Counted from the stretch's first letter, positions 11,501 through 22,600 are shown. The stretch: DNA of 64,000 nucleotides from an uncultured archaeon (GCA_964458565.1 CAYWJO010000006.1:1-64000), one strand, 5' to 3'. Translations and numbers: made by a program. Notes: generated from the letters alone by a model not told the origin.

Positions 11501-11786
11501 GATAATACGGATCTGACCAACCACCAAAAGATCCATAGTAGCTGTAGCCTGTAGGAGTCCCGTAGGAATAGCGTTCTTCAAAACTGGGATTGTTCATGAT
11601 GTTTGTGAGTAAAGGCCCAGTTTCATTGGTTAACGCCAATTCATTCTCTTGTATCAGCGGAGAGATTTGAATTTCATTATCTATAGTCAAATCACTCTGT
11701 GGTGTTGGCAATGGTGCCATTACAGCAGCCAGAGGAAGTAGCAGACTCAAAATTGTAATCAATGCGATAAGGTGTTGTTTGTTCAT
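8520..11786 (-). CDS. Cell-surface protein: three CBM/galactose-binding-like domains, Ig-like domains, C-terminal TM and Lys-rich tail
   Basis: NPSFE/NGDFE/DPGFE...(I/F)DD repeats; Ig-like motifs (AxDxAGN); start MNKQ at 11786 follows GGAGGT; paralog of the upstream gene. Confidence 0.8.
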   Translation of the reverse strand: MNKQHLIALITILSLLLPLAAVMAPLPTPQSDLTIDNEIQISPLIQENELALTNETGPLLTNIMNNPSFEERYSYGTPTGYSYYGSFGGWSDPYYQGEVYAGSYSGQIKGWGSTSSGSWMALQQSFGSTLTYILDGHILDFYYYIEEPGAIDQGSYIYLYVETVNSTNQWQGINYIFCHGSYNPNNYTNGVYYYMNETIGQWNHFSQNVTEDYLAYPDFWAGDTTRRINALYFYSNVQIRVTDPSTWAIDDVSMVNGTGYEFVINGDFESSGGWTEQSYSPATVGTSTDATHGMYSLNLSCTAIREGSTGYLGWYESKSYPWESFYPFLPNSMKIEYDWRYSDTWNGGNSLAYMRLRFRNETGYFYWYNYFGQDTDWKGYTNSSTNIYCFNDAFGSRDTWEHETFDVSAGLDEVGWTNLTAYEFRFYISLGTYANASIELLIDDFQVNTFTTGDPGFEIDLWDGVNPPLGTWPLWSMGPSITRTSDAHSGLYACNITVANNLAGGVYRADFETTIDPSMVTDWWWRTDYFSDGSSSFFYGRFRLEFNYSYTIYYYLAKDFSYNPANTSTSAHIHLDGLNTTGVWVNTYRNISADLEVAFGAGTFYLNRFVCEAQTGAGENISIIFDDIGFADAVPPVIETPSQTSDPKYYEITAIDAVVTDALSGVMGVELYYRLDGGNWIAVECSNVGDLYSAEIPMLSYGTFVEYYLYATDWTGTIGINDNGGSYYSYTVGDDIDPTVNLTGINSGQEVSDFVLLEAIADDIAAGVDYVDFQVDSISVGIDDTAPYQTYWDSRTSLNGTRVVTAIAHDFAGNTETDSISVDVQNDVEPPVLTHIVVNPTEPQYDQDFTIFVGVTDASELLNVTIHYHGIGPYWDTIGMPHDGALYYRTFQGYPFDTVFEFYIVAYDYYEQSYAIGTESTPLSFTVTDSVAPELGVNGPPTFDAVRDTVYFAVSATDLGSGISSIELSVDGVLETTTTGDIISWNTLEFENGNYTLTFTANDNAGNTASIELEYMVQNPVGFERLVEGLQNVMSQYGFFVGAAAVVLVYAGGTVLIRRRAGAAGASSGSSKAGTKGAKKTSKAKKKK

Positions 11787-11820
11787 TCCTTTTACCTCCA
11801 TTCTTCGACTAGAAATCATT

Positions 11821-14800
11821 CTAGGCGGCCCTCCGTTTTCTAAGCAGAATTTGGATGACAATCAAGAGTACCACAGCAGTTCCAGCACCAATGATGAAAC
11901 CGTACTGTGCCATGATATCTCCCAAAGCAGATACAATTCCTTCAAGTCCTACAGGATTGTGGACAGTGTATTCAAATTCAAACACAATGATCATGCCAGC
12001 ATTATCGCTCACAATGAAAGAGATTGTATGAATTCCATTCTCAAGTGTCAGAGTGTCAAGATTGAATACTTCATTTACGAGAACAGTTGCTGCTTCTGAA
12101 ACAACTGTAACGCCATCTAGCTCTATGATATAGTTAGCAATGCCGCTTCCAGCATCGGATGCACTCACATAGAATTGAGCAGTGCCACTGAGAATTTCCG
12201 ACATTGAAGGTCCTGACACACTGAGAACTGGTGTAGTATGATCTTCAACGACATATCCAAGGGGGTCAGTTAAGTTACCAACCATTGTTGATTGCCCATA
12301 TGTGTCGTAGGCGACGATGTAGTAGTCAATCTCTACACCCCAAGGTCGCCCCCAAATCTCAGCAGTGAATAGAATGCCTGCTCGAGTCATTTCAATGGGA
12401 ATCCAAGTGTCACCATCAACACTGAGATAGAGTGTAACGTTGTCTATCGCTGTATAGTCAGTTACAACAACCGAAACCTCTACAGCTAGATTATAGGTTG
12501 GAATTTCAGGATTCTGAATGACATCAGAGATAACTGGTCCTATAACGTCATTGTCAACAGTGATTGTCACATCATCACTATCAGAATTCCCTGCTACATC
12601 ATAGACAATAGCTTGAATGTTGTGCGTTCCATTCACCAGCAGCCAGCTATCAACATCCAGAACCCACGGTGAAGAGGGTATAGTTCCTAGAAGAGTAGAC
12701 CCGTCCCAAATCTCGACATAGTCAACTCCACTAGATCCTGCATCAGGATCATCAACAGTTACTTCAATTGAGAACTGATCATCAATTACTTGATCTTCCC
12801 AAGGTAGATCGATAACGACTGTTGGATTGACATCATCGCTAGGTGTATAGTGATAATCCAGTCCACTATTATCTTCCCAAGTTAGTAGTCCTCCAGTATC
12901 ATTTGCCACGACTGCGAACGCAACATCGGTTCCGTACGGTGCAGGTGTGATCCAGGCCTCATACCGAGCTCCTGTATATATCATTTCAACACTATACCAA
13001 GATCCATTGTTGAAAGCAAGCATGACCTTGTCGAGTGCAATATCAGTTGCTTGAGCGCTAATTAAGACAGGGTCATAGTACATCGGAGAAGCAGTTTCTC
13101 TAGTAACAGAGCTTATCACAGGAGCATGTGTGTCTACGACAAAATGCATGTCATCAAATAAAATGGAAATATTAGATCCTAAAGACGAGTCAGCATTCAT
13201 TCTGATTTGAGTTAGATTCCATTGTTTTGACCCATAGTAGTCAGTCAAGTCATTCCATGGATTTCTAACTAGGTTTGTCCAGACTCCTGGCTGGTTGAAC
13301 TCATCCACGAGATAATACACATGGTTAGACTGGTTAGTGAAACCTGAGCCTGCCGAAGCTCCAAGAACATAGTGGAGGAAATCATCACCTGAATCAGTTT
13401 CGAATTCCAAACGTATTTCTCCTATAGCATAGCTTTCTCCATTTACGTAATCTAGGCGCCACCAAAAGTCAGTATAATGGTTTGGACTGAGAGGTACAAA
13501 TTGGCTTCTATATACACTCGTTTCTGGTCCTTCCCAGACTGTGAGATTTGCGGCAAAATCACCAGAGTGCGAATCTGTTGTTATATTTTGATATGGATAG
13601 GAGCTTCCCGTTCTATACCAACCAACTATCGAATTCCCTGTACTCCAATACCAGTCTTGCTCAAAGCCGGGATCATAAGCAGGATATGTGATGAGCTTGA
13701 AATCATCAACAAACAGATTGAGTGATGAATTTTCCTGACTACCACTGGATGCGTCCCAATACATATCATCGAATACGCCTATTGTCAAATTGAATTCTAT
13801 TACAAGTTCATATAGGTCAACAGCGAAATGATGCCAAACATCACGCGTCCCAAATCCAGGCGTCATGATATGCTTTTGATAGGTCGAATTTGTATACGAG
13901 AAGAAATCAGTATCACTTCCAAGGTGATATATTATCTGACAATAGTAGCTTAGGTTCTCGAAATATATAACAAAATGCGATTGTTGCCCTGTACCACCTC
14001 CAGCAACATCTGAATACATCCAATCAAATTCAATCGAACCCTCACCAGGTGCATTTATAGCTAAGCCTTCATAATATCCGATCCATTCCTCAGCAAATGC
14101 ATAGCTACTTGATGAATGTGACATAGATGCCACAGTTAGATTCATTGACCTTTCTCCATCAGTCTTGAGTGCCGTTGTTGCCATAATGTAACCGGGAGCT
14201 TCATTGCTGTAGGACCACATACCAACGCCTTCGAAATCGCTATTTTGAAGGAAATTGTAGGAGGTGGAGTTTCTTAGCTGCGTATTGTCAATAAGCAAGT
14301 CCACAAAGTCAGTTTCTCCCTGATCAGATACTGCATAGAAGTAGCACATTCGCACATAGGCAGTAGAAGTTGGAGCGCCAAAGGATTCCGTATATGCTGC
14401 GGTGACGTCAATAAATCCATTATTCCAAGAACCAACAGTTCCGTTATCCATGACATATACATAATTTGTGCCATTGCCCGGGTACCAATTACCGTATAAG
14501 AGCACATAGTACATATCTCGGTATTGTCCTGAAACGCTATCATGAAGTTGGAAGTAAACATAAAGTCGATTTGACCCTTGCAAAGTGGGCATTGATGCAG
14601 CTTTCCAAAAGAAGTCCAATGTTATGCCTTCGTTGATATGAGGCCTATTGGGTTCTGAAGGCATAAATTGGTTGATATATGCCTGAGTGGATTGTTGTTC
14701 ACCCTTTGCCCTAATAAGTGCTGAATAGCTGTCAGCGTATACATCATCTTGGTATGTAATGTTCTGATATTTGTATGATGTACTATAATACCCCCAATCC

Positions 14801-15027
14801 GCTGGCTGTCCTAAATTTCCAACCACTTCAAAACTTGGATTTTCAGCCACATTGGTTACTAGATGATCTTCGCCAAACGCTCCAGCAATCTGTAGATCAT
14901 GAACAGGACCGGGCTCATCACTAGCATTTGTCTTCTCTGAAACATTAGTAATTGGTGCTAGAATTCCAAGCATCGGAGCTATTAGTATAAATGTTGCAAA
15001 TACAACTAAGACATGAATCCGTCTCAT
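11821..15027 (-). CDS. Cell-surface protein, tandem paralog of 8520-11786 (CBM-like x3, Ig-like domains, TM)
   Basis: Same domain order (NPSFE, NSDFE, DPGFE; DSHSGDFAANLTV vs DAHSGLYACNITV; QYGFIIGAG vs QYGFFVGAA). Confidence 0.8.
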   Translation of the reverse strand: MRRIHVLVVFATFILIAPMLGILAPITNVSEKTNASDEPGPVHDLQIAGAFGEDHLVTNVAENPSFEVVGNLGQPADWGYYSTSYKYQNITYQDDVYADSYSALIRAKGEQQSTQAYINQFMPSEPNRPHINEGITLDFFWKAASMPTLQGSNRLYVYFQLHDSVSGQYRDMYYVLLYGNWYPGNGTNYVYVMDNGTVGSWNNGFIDVTAAYTESFGAPTSTAYVRMCYFYAVSDQGETDFVDLLIDNTQLRNSTSYNFLQNSDFEGVGMWSYSNEAPGYIMATTALKTDGERSMNLTVASMSHSSSSYAFAEEWIGYYEGLAINAPGEGSIEFDWMYSDVAGGGTGQQSHFVIYFENLSYYCQIIYHLGSDTDFFSYTNSTYQKHIMTPGFGTRDVWHHFAVDLYELVIEFNLTIGVFDDMYWDASSGSQENSSLNLFVDDFKLITYPAYDPGFEQDWYWSTGNSIVGWYRTGSSYPYQNITTDSHSGDFAANLTVWEGPETSVYRSQFVPLSPNHYTDFWWRLDYVNGESYAIGEIRLEFETDSGDDFLHYVLGASAGSGFTNQSNHVYYLVDEFNQPGVWTNLVRNPWNDLTDYYGSKQWNLTQIRMNADSSLGSNISILFDDMHFVVDTHAPVISSVTRETASPMYYDPVLISAQATDIALDKVMLAFNNGSWYSVEMIYTGARYEAWITPAPYGTDVAFAVVANDTGGLLTWEDNSGLDYHYTPSDDVNPTVVIDLPWEDQVIDDQFSIEVTVDDPDAGSSGVDYVEIWDGSTLLGTIPSSPWVLDVDSWLLVNGTHNIQAIVYDVAGNSDSDDVTITVDNDVIGPVISDVIQNPEIPTYNLAVEVSVVVTDYTAIDNVTLYLSVDGDTWIPIEMTRAGILFTAEIWGRPWGVEIDYYIVAYDTYGQSTMVGNLTDPLGYVVEDHTTPVLSVSGPSMSEILSGTAQFYVSASDAGSGIANYIIELDGVTVVSEAATVLVNEVFNLDTLTLENGIHTISFIVSDNAGMIIVFEFEYTVHNPVGLEGIVSALGDIMAQYGFIIGAGTAVVLLIVIQILLRKRRAA

Positions 15028-15205
15028 CTTCCATTTCTCCCTACGCGCGCTTCGAACTCACTTATAAAGCATCAAAGCTAGTGGGAAATGGATGCAATAA
15101 GCCTTATTTTTGTTGTGACAAGGTGTTTAATCTAACATGTTGTTGACCAAATAGTAAACTAATTACGTAACAACAAAAATCTCACCATCATTGATGATGA
15201 TTCAT

Positions 15206-15484
15206 CAATCTCTGCAACTCGTGATCTTTCGTGAATACTGCTGTTGAGAATTCAATTTATTGAAGAGGTCATTCTATAGAATCGTATACAATTGTAATTA
15301 ATGCGTCAGATACCTTCCAGAAGAGAATTGGAGCTAATAGCTTACTAAAGAACTGAGCGGCTGATTTGATTCGTACTAATCTCACAACTATGGTGTCATC
15401 AATCATCTGGACCTGTCTGGTTATAACGGGATTCAAGTAATATTCTGCTTGCTCAAGACATTCAAAGTATATTCGAATCTCCAT
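15206..15484 (-). pseudogene. Decayed gene downstream of the methyltransferases, probable restriction endonuclease remnant
   Basis: ATG at 15484, 2 nt after the MTase stop; the frame runs through TGA (15269-71) and TAA (15257-59) into PLQ*IEFSTAVFTKDHELQRL. Confidence 0.5.
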
Positions 15485-15486
15485 TA

Positions 15487-16686
15487 CTATTCCCCACACT
15501 CCTTCCTTAGAAGAATGATATGCTCCTTCTTATTCTTGTTCCTGAATGCTTTATTGAATGTTTTACTCGCAAAAGACAGGTCATATTGAATGCTGTCAAG
15601 GAAAACAAAACCTGCAGGTTCAGAGATCTCCTTGATAAGATCATCACCAGGTATCAATTTCTTTCGAATAATGGAGTCACCCATGACAAAGACAGCGTTT
15701 GATCCATGCTTGGTGATTCGTGATAGTTGCATGAAACAGTCCTTCATATCAGTCACAAATTCAGCTATTGGTTCCTTCCTGCTTGAGTGGCGTAATCGCG
15801 AACCAATCTCCTCCGCTTTCATGTGTTCCCATTTTAGATCTAGGAAGTTCATTCGATACTTGTGATAGAGATAGTAATCATAGGTATTTGGATAGGGGGG
15901 AGAAGTCATTATGAAATCCACAGAGTTGCTCTCAATGAAGTCAACGTATCTGGTATCTGCTTCAAAGACTTGGGCTTGACGGTCACTGGCCAATTTATTG
16001 AATTTATACATCGCATCGACCATGTTTTGCACTCTTTTCTTGAAAAGAGTGAATGCCTGGAAAGGGGGGATATTCTTCTCTATAGCTGCATAGCGAGTTT
16101 CACTCTCTTGGTTTGAAACTGGAACTATAACACTTGAGAATCCAATGTGGAGAAACTCTTTAGTTTCGGGTGAGAGGGGGGACTTATCAATTTGGGACTT
16201 AATTATGGATAGTTCATGTAGAACATTCTTCTGGAACCAATGGTCTCGGTTCTTGAAATCAGGGATTGTGTAATCTGATTTTATTTGTGAGTCCTCCTCG
16301 ATAGAAGACAAGAATGTTTCATCTTCGAGTTCTCTCTGGACATACAGACTAACATGTTTCTCAATCTCACTAACAAGAGCGGAAATTTGAGAGAGTTCCT
16401 TTGATGGCAATTTGGTTGTCTTTACCCGGGACATTAGTACACCCAAAGGATGGAGGTCTATTCCAATCGAGGAACGGTCAAGCAATTTTGCTTCAACTAG
16501 GGTGGTCCCACTACCACAAAAGGGGTCAAGAACAGTGTCACCAATTTCTGTAAATCGCTTAATGAAGAAATTAGGAATCTGTGGCACAAACTTTGCAGGA
16601 TAAGGATGAAAACCATGTGTCAAGTAGGAAGTATCACCTGCGTTCATGATAAAGTCCATTGTTTCTTCCTTTACATCCTGAAGCAA
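15487..16686 (-). CDS. Site-specific DNA methyltransferase, N4-cytosine type (motif I before SPPY)
   Basis: THGFHPYPAKF, VLDPFCGSGTT, IMTSPPY. Confidence 0.9.
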   Translation of the reverse strand: MLQDVKEETMDFIMNAGDTSYLTHGFHPYPAKFVPQIPNFFIKRFTEIGDTVLDPFCGSGTTLVEAKLLDRSSIGIDLHPLGVLMSRVKTTKLPSKELSQISALVSEIEKHVSLYVQRELEDETFLSSIEEDSQIKSDYTIPDFKNRDHWFQKNVLHELSIIKSQIDKSPLSPETKEFLHIGFSSVIVPVSNQESETRYAAIEKNIPPFQAFTLFKKRVQNMVDAMYKFNKLASDRQAQVFEADTRYVDFIESNSVDFIMTSPPYPNTYDYYLYHKYRMNFLDLKWEHMKAEEIGSRLRHSSRKEPIAEFVTDMKDCFMQLSRITKHGSNAVFVMGDSIIRKKLIPGDDLIKEISEPAGFVFLDSIQYDLSFASKTFNKAFRNKNKKEHIILLRKECGE

Positions 16687-16700
16687 AGATTTTCACTCTC

Positions 16701-17543
16701 TTATTTTGGTGGTTTTCTAAGCACTACAAGATAACTGTGATTTTGGTTTACATAGAAAACCGATGGGTAGCCAAGTAAGACAAGACTTCTCTGGTCATTC
16801 TGATCCCATATTATAAGGTCATGATATAAGAATCCAACATCATTCCCGGTGCGTCCAATATCTGAATGCAGATCAATGAATGGAATGCCGGCTTTTGTGT
16901 CTCTATGGTCTTTGACAACCCAGATATTGTACCCTCCGGGTTTGGTAACTCTGAATAGATCGGACATGAGGAACTTTATCTCATCGAGATATGTTTCGTA
17001 TGCGAGGTTACCGAAATCACGTTCGTCCTCCCCATATTGCTTCACTACTGAACGGTTATCGAAAACCAATCTAGATGTCTTATGAGTCGTTTTCCTGTCC
17101 TCAATAGAGCGTTGGATAAAGTCCGCATAAGGAGGCGATGTGAAAACAAGCTGCACAGTGTCAGGCTCAACCCATTCGAGTAGATTTCTGCAATCTCCGT
17201 GATAGATCTGTACATCACTAGGTCCTTCTAAGGTCTCTTGGCTCAACACTTCATTTGATATATCTACAAACTTCTTGTACAGCTCGATTCCAATTCCCTT
17301 TCTACCAATCTCTCTTGCAGCTTGTACTGTTGTGCCAACACCTGAGAATGGATCCAAGACTGTATCTCCCTTTTTGCTGTACATCTTAATTGCTCTCTTT
17401 GCTAGAGCTACTGAGAATGTAGCACCATGTTCCAAATGGTGCTGTTCACGGGGAGAACTCACTTCTCTGGACTGCCAAACACTTCGACTCAGTTTTGTCC
17501 ATTCTTTTGCTGTAAGACCATTGAACACTTCCTTTTTTCCCAT
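16701..17543 (-). CDS. Site-specific DNA methyltransferase, N4-cytosine type
   Basis: HGATF, VLDPFSGVGTT, FTSPPY, RVTKPGG. Confidence 0.9.
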   Translation of the reverse strand: MGKKEVFNGLTAKEWTKLSRSVWQSREVSSPREQHHLEHGATFSVALAKRAIKMYSKKGDTVLDPFSGVGTTVQAAREIGRKGIGIELYKKFVDISNEVLSQETLEGPSDVQIYHGDCRNLLEWVEPDTVQLVFTSPPYADFIQRSIEDRKTTHKTSRLVFDNRSVVKQYGEDERDFGNLAYETYLDEIKFLMSDLFRVTKPGGYNIWVVKDHRDTKAGIPFIDLHSDIGRTGNDVGFLYHDLIIWDQNDQRSLVLLGYPSVFYVNQNHSYLVVLRKPPK

Positions 17544-17824
17544 TCATTTGTCCTCATAAATTCAGATTCGTTACAGACCTCTCAGAGGCGGTTATATTGT
17601 TTTATTGGTTCCTCTTCTTCTGGACCAGCATAATCCTAGAAACGGAATCTCTTCTTGGGATTGATTTGCACCCAACTCCCAATTAACAAGTATGTAAATC
17701 TTTTTCATTAGTTATTTTCTCATTGACGCCGAGCTTTATTTAATGGATTTTCTATTAATAGCATACACTGGTTGAAAAAAAACCAGACGAAACAGGTTGA
17801 GAGGCGTGACAACCTTTGGATAGC

Positions 17825-18196
17825 ATGAAGATTTACATAGCAGGACCATACTCAGGAGAATCCATTGAACAGATTGAATGTAATGTTCAGAAGGCAATTG
17901 ATGCAGGTATAGAGATATGGAAAAGGGGGCATTTCCCATTTATTCCTCATTTACTTCATTGGGTTGATTTACGTGCAGGTGAGTTGAACGTTTTAATGGA
18001 TTGGGCAGATTATATGCTATGGGATGCTCCATGGTTAGATGATTGTGATGCACTTTTCCTACTAGCTGAGTCGAAAGGAGCACTTCTAGAATATCATAGG
18101 GCAAAGGAAGAGGGAAAGGTCCTCTTTCATTCAATCGATGAGATACCTACAGTAAAGAGATTCTCAACTTGGGCGAATAAACACACTGACAGTTAG
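17825..18196 (+). CDS. DUF4406/DUF1937-like protein (nucleoside 2-deoxyribosyltransferase-like fold)
   Basis: KIYIAGPY, PFIPH, CDALFLL..SKGALLE...A. Confidence 0.75.
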   Translation: MKIYIAGPYSGESIEQIECNVQKAIDAGIEIWKRGHFPFIPHLLHWVDLRAGELNVLMDWADYMLWDAPWLDDCDALFLLAESKGALLEYHRAKEEGKVLFHSIDEIPTVKRFSTWANKHTDS

Positions 18197-18207
18197 AAGA
18201 CTCTTGC

Positions 18208-18996
18208 TTATGCGACTTGTTTGATAAACCACTCAACAATAATGTCCATAGTAATTTCGTATGTTCTCGGATTTGAGAGTTCATGGTCTGCACCATCTAC
18301 TATAACGAGATCTTTGGGTTCACCCGCAAGTTCGTAGAGTCTTTTCACTCCAGCTAGATCAATACCAATATCTTCACTTCCATGAACAATTAACATTGGA
18401 CGGGGTGATATCCTTGAGACCTCTGTCATTGGATTGTGCACAGCTGATTCCTCAACCATTCTCTTAAGGAGGCCATTTTGGATTTGAGGGTCCTCAATTC
18501 CTCTAATCTGCGTAGGGTCTGTTTCTACGATGTATTCAACTGCAGGGCGAATCATTGGTGATTTAGCAAACCATAACGTATCATATACTGGTGCCCTTAG
18601 GCACACCGCATTGATTCGTTTGTCCCTTGCAGCAGCACAGACTGCAACTGCACCACCATAACTTGCACCATAGACACCCACCCACGAATTTGTTGTCATC
18701 TCAGATTCAATGAGATGACCAACTGCAACCTCAGCATCCACAATCTCTCCTGTTAAACTGAACAGTCCATCACTCTTTCGAAATCCTCTGAAGTCAAACG
18801 TTAAAACTGCAAAACCTGCAGTGGCAAGCTTGGTTGCTAGTCCACTCACTTGATCTGGACCTCCAGGGAGTCCGTGAAACTTGCAAACACCTGGAAAAGG
18901 GCCATCTCCTTTCGGAACCACAAAGTTACCTCGAATCGTTTCATCATGCGAAACAAACTCAGTAGGAACTACCTTTACATCGGACAACATTCTCAC
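18208..18996 (-). CDS. Alpha/beta fold hydrolase (S9-like)
   Basis: HGLPG, FDFRG, GASYGG nucleophile elbow, HGSED, GADH. Confidence 0.85.
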   Translation of the reverse strand: MRMLSDVKVVPTEFVSHDETIRGNFVVPKGDGPFPGVCKFHGLPGGPDQVSGLATKLATAGFAVLTFDFRGFRKSDGLFSLTGEIVDAEVAVGHLIESEMTTNSWVGVYGASYGGAVAVCAAARDKRINAVCLRAPVYDTLWFAKSPMIRPAVEYIVETDPTQIRGIEDPQIQNGLLKRMVEESAVHNPMTEVSRISPRPMLIVHGSEDIGIDLAGVKRLYELAGEPKDLVIVDGADHELSNPRTYEITMDIIVEWFIKQVA

Positions 18997-19130
18997 CCTT
19001 CCTTTGAACCGTTAGTCCCATAGCCTTTTCGTTTTTTTTACGCTTCAACTTTATACACTGAATCTTTTAATCGATAGATAGTATATTTGCAAGAGAAGTA
19101 CTTCGTTGTATCTAAAGGAGTGGTTAGATA

Positions 19131-19448
19131 ATGGTTAAAATAAGCCCCTTTGTTAAACTTCTTAGGGGTGAATACGAATTAACTGTGATTCTCCTGCTTA
19201 AACGTCTTGGTGGAAAAGCCAGAGCAGATGAAATTATCAAAGCGGGAATGAAGACTAAAACGCTTCCAGCATTGAATGGTGCGAGAGTAGCAAGTGTACG
19301 CAAATTTCTCTTAGATAACGAACTTGTCACAATCGAAAAGGAAGGTAACGAGATTATACATACTCTCACCAAAAGAGGAGTTAAATTAGGGAGTCTTCTA
19401 GATTCAATAGCCAATTTCATTGTCAAGGACCTGAAATGGATGCGTTGA
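19131..19448 (+). CDS. Winged-helix DNA-binding protein
   Basis: LLDNELVTIEKEGNEIIHTLTKRG wing motif. Confidence 0.6.
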   Translation: MVKISPFVKLLRGEYELTVILLLKRLGGKARADEIIKAGMKTKTLPALNGARVASVRKFLLDNELVTIEKEGNEIIHTLTKRGVKLGSLLDSIANFIVKDLKWMR

Positions 19449-19644
19449 AGTCAAAGGGTGTGCTCCTGGTGGTAAATTTACTAGATGTGTAGACCATTAG
19501 GAATCTGGATAATTCGAGATTAGAATGAATTTGATAAGCCAGAGAACATTTTAGTCACGACATCACTAGAGATTGATTACATTCCTCATCTATTGTATAA
19601 TCTGAATTCAGCTAGATGATTTATACAAACAGGCCAGGGAGACA

Positions 19645-22600
19645 TTGAAGATGAAGTTCAAAGAATCACTTCGAAAAGCCCTATTACTTGAGGTCGAGGA
19701 CATACAGGACAGATATGGGGCAACTTTCGAAGAGGATGGACCACCTGAAGTCGCAATAAAAACGAAAAAAGGAGGTGCTTGGTTATGGGTCAACTCTAAG
19801 GCAGATTATTCCGGTGCAACATGGGATCCATCTACTGATCGTTTGAGTGGAGATCCTTATTCTGCTCATGTATACCATGATTGGGTTGGCGATCTCAAGG
19901 AGGCTCCCAAAACAATAGCAAGTGTTGATGAACTCAATAGCTGGGCGTTGTTACATACAAGGTACAAACGTCAATATACTGATGTAGGGAGTTGGGGTGT
20001 ACATTCAGGACGCTGGGTTGATGATATAACTTCTGAGGGGATTGTCAAACTGCGAGTTGAGTCCAAAATGACGTTTCAGGATGTGTCACCAGTATCTGAA
20101 ACCACTTCACATGAGGTTGACTTGAGTGCCTTTAGTGAACGGTCTCTAGATATACTTCTGAAATTATTGAAGGATGATAATCCATTTGTCCGTGAGATTT
20201 CAGCTAAACTTCTGGGAACGCAGAGAGACGTCAAAGCAGTTGGTGCATTAATTGAGACTACCGATGATGAGTCCAGATACGTTCAGGCAATGGCAATTAT
20301 AGCATTAGGCAAAATTGGTGGAGATGAAGCATTTGGAAGACTCAAAGCAATGCTATTTAATGACAGTCATCACCTCGATTTGATAGTAAAAGCATTGATA
20401 GAACTTGGTGAATCCATATTGGATGAGCTCGTTCCCGCTTTTGAGATTGAAAATGAAAGAGTCCCCATGGCTTTTATTAGAATTCTAGAGGGGATTGGCA
20501 GCAATAAGGCAATCAGCATATTGCATCAGTACTTGAGCGACGAACGAATCTCTATTCGAGCACGCATAATAAAAGCTCTGGGACAAATTGAAAGCAGTAA
20601 ATCGATTGATGTCTTAATCAAAGGTCTTGAGGATATAGAACCAGAGGTTCAGCGATTAGCAGCCCAGGCTCTTGGTAAATTGAAAGACAAACGTGTAGTT
20701 GAACCACTTGTTAAGGCACTCCTAGCAAATTACAAGTGGGTACGAAGTGATGCCGCTAAATCTCTTGAGGTTCTTGGTTGGCAACCATCCAACTCTGAAG
20801 AAAATATATGGTATATCTATGCAAAACAGGAATGGAAGAAACTCGTTGCCCTTGGGGAATCAGCGACTGAAATGATTCTGAGAGCGATGGATGATGATGA
20901 TCGTTATGTTCGGGGAGAGCTGCTTAGGCCAATTAGTAAAGCTGCTGTGCCCTTCACGGACCCAAGAATAGTTGAATCAATTATCAAAATCTATTCCGAT
21001 AAAGAAACCATGAGCTATAGACTACGAGATGCAATAAAGGCATTAGGAAATTTACCAATTCTCAATTCAACAGAATTTCTGATATCAAAATATTTGCAGG
21101 ATGAGGCTGATTCGTTAGGTCTACGTGGCGTCATAGTTGATTCTATCACAGACCATCTAATTTCAGGTTTAGCAGTTGCAGATACATTGATTCACATACT
21201 GAAGAAGAAAAAGATAGAGAATCTAACAAAGAGTCAAATCGAAATCGCTCTCGAACTTTTTAATTTAATTCCCATTTCTCACGACCAAATCAAAGTCATA
21301 AAACCCTGGTTGGAGTGGATCGATGAACAGAAGTATGATTACAAGTCAAGTACAAAACCAATTATTTCTGGTCTGTTTGATCTTGAATACTTGACACCTG
21401 ATCTCTCTAATGATGATATTAGAGTACGAGAGAAAGCAATTGGGTTAATTAGCAAAATCAAAATTCCCTCAGTAGCGTTTCCGCTTATCTATGCTCTCGA
21501 GGATGATAATCCACTAATCCGTGAGCGAGCTGCTGCTGCTTTGTCCAAACTTGGAGTTGGTCCCTTATCGATTTTACTTACAGCACTATCAAATGAAGAG
21601 GCCCATGTCAGAATCGGAGCTGCAGAAGCTTTGGGTGGAATTCGAAATGCACGTGCAGCAAAATATCTATTGAAAGCCCTTAGAGATAAACATAGAGTTG
21701 TAAGGCAAAATGCAGCTTGGGCGTTGGGAGAGCTATATCTCGCACGTGAAGAGTATAATGAACTTCGTAAGAAGATAATCCAAGCATTAACCAAGAGGAT
21801 GAGGACAGATGACTACTTCCCTGTACGTTTCAATGCAGTCTATGCCCTTTCCAGGATTAACGACTCACGAGCCGTTATACCACTCCTTGAAGCAATGGAT
21901 AATCCAGCAGTAGAGTTCAGATTGAATGCATCTTTTGGATTCATAAAGATGTCACAAGTTCTCAGGAAACCATCCAAACTTCAGTCTAAGATTATAGATA
22001 GACTCATCCTTGCACTATCAGATGAGGTGGACCGAGTCCGATACAATGCTGTTGATGCACTCCGGATGTATGGAGGGAAAAAAGCCCTTATTGCTTTAAC
22101 TGCCTTAAAGAATGATGATGACATCGAGATGCGTCAATTAGTGGAGAGAAGTATAGAGGAAATCACAGAGCTGGGAAAGAAGGAACGACGGTCATGGCAA
22201 TATAGTGTCCGAACTCACTACGAACTTAGATACCCAGATGTTATAGAGGATTACATTCACCTTCTATGTGACGATGACGAGAGTGTTCAGCTGGAAGCTC
22301 AAAAAGCGCTTGGTAGATTTGGACAATTAGCTTTTGACCGTTTGATGGAAATCCTTCAAGACGAAAACGAGGTTTGGTTGAAACGAGAAGGCGCAGCTGG
22401 CGCACTGGGAAGAGTAGGTGACAAGAGGGCAGTTAAAATATTGATTAAAACATTGAAGGACGACAATGAGATGGTCAGATGCAACTCAGCATGGGCTCTC
22501 GCTGAGCTGAAAGACAAACGTTCATTGAAAGCCTTACTAAAGGCCACGAAGGATAAATTCTGGATGGTCCGCGTTAATGCAGCAGCAGGCGTAGGTAAAT

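Noticed and set aside
17560-17710. Short minus-strand ORF MKKIYILVNWELG... upstream of the MTases (possible controller protein)
   Set aside because: No HTH or other recognisable motif
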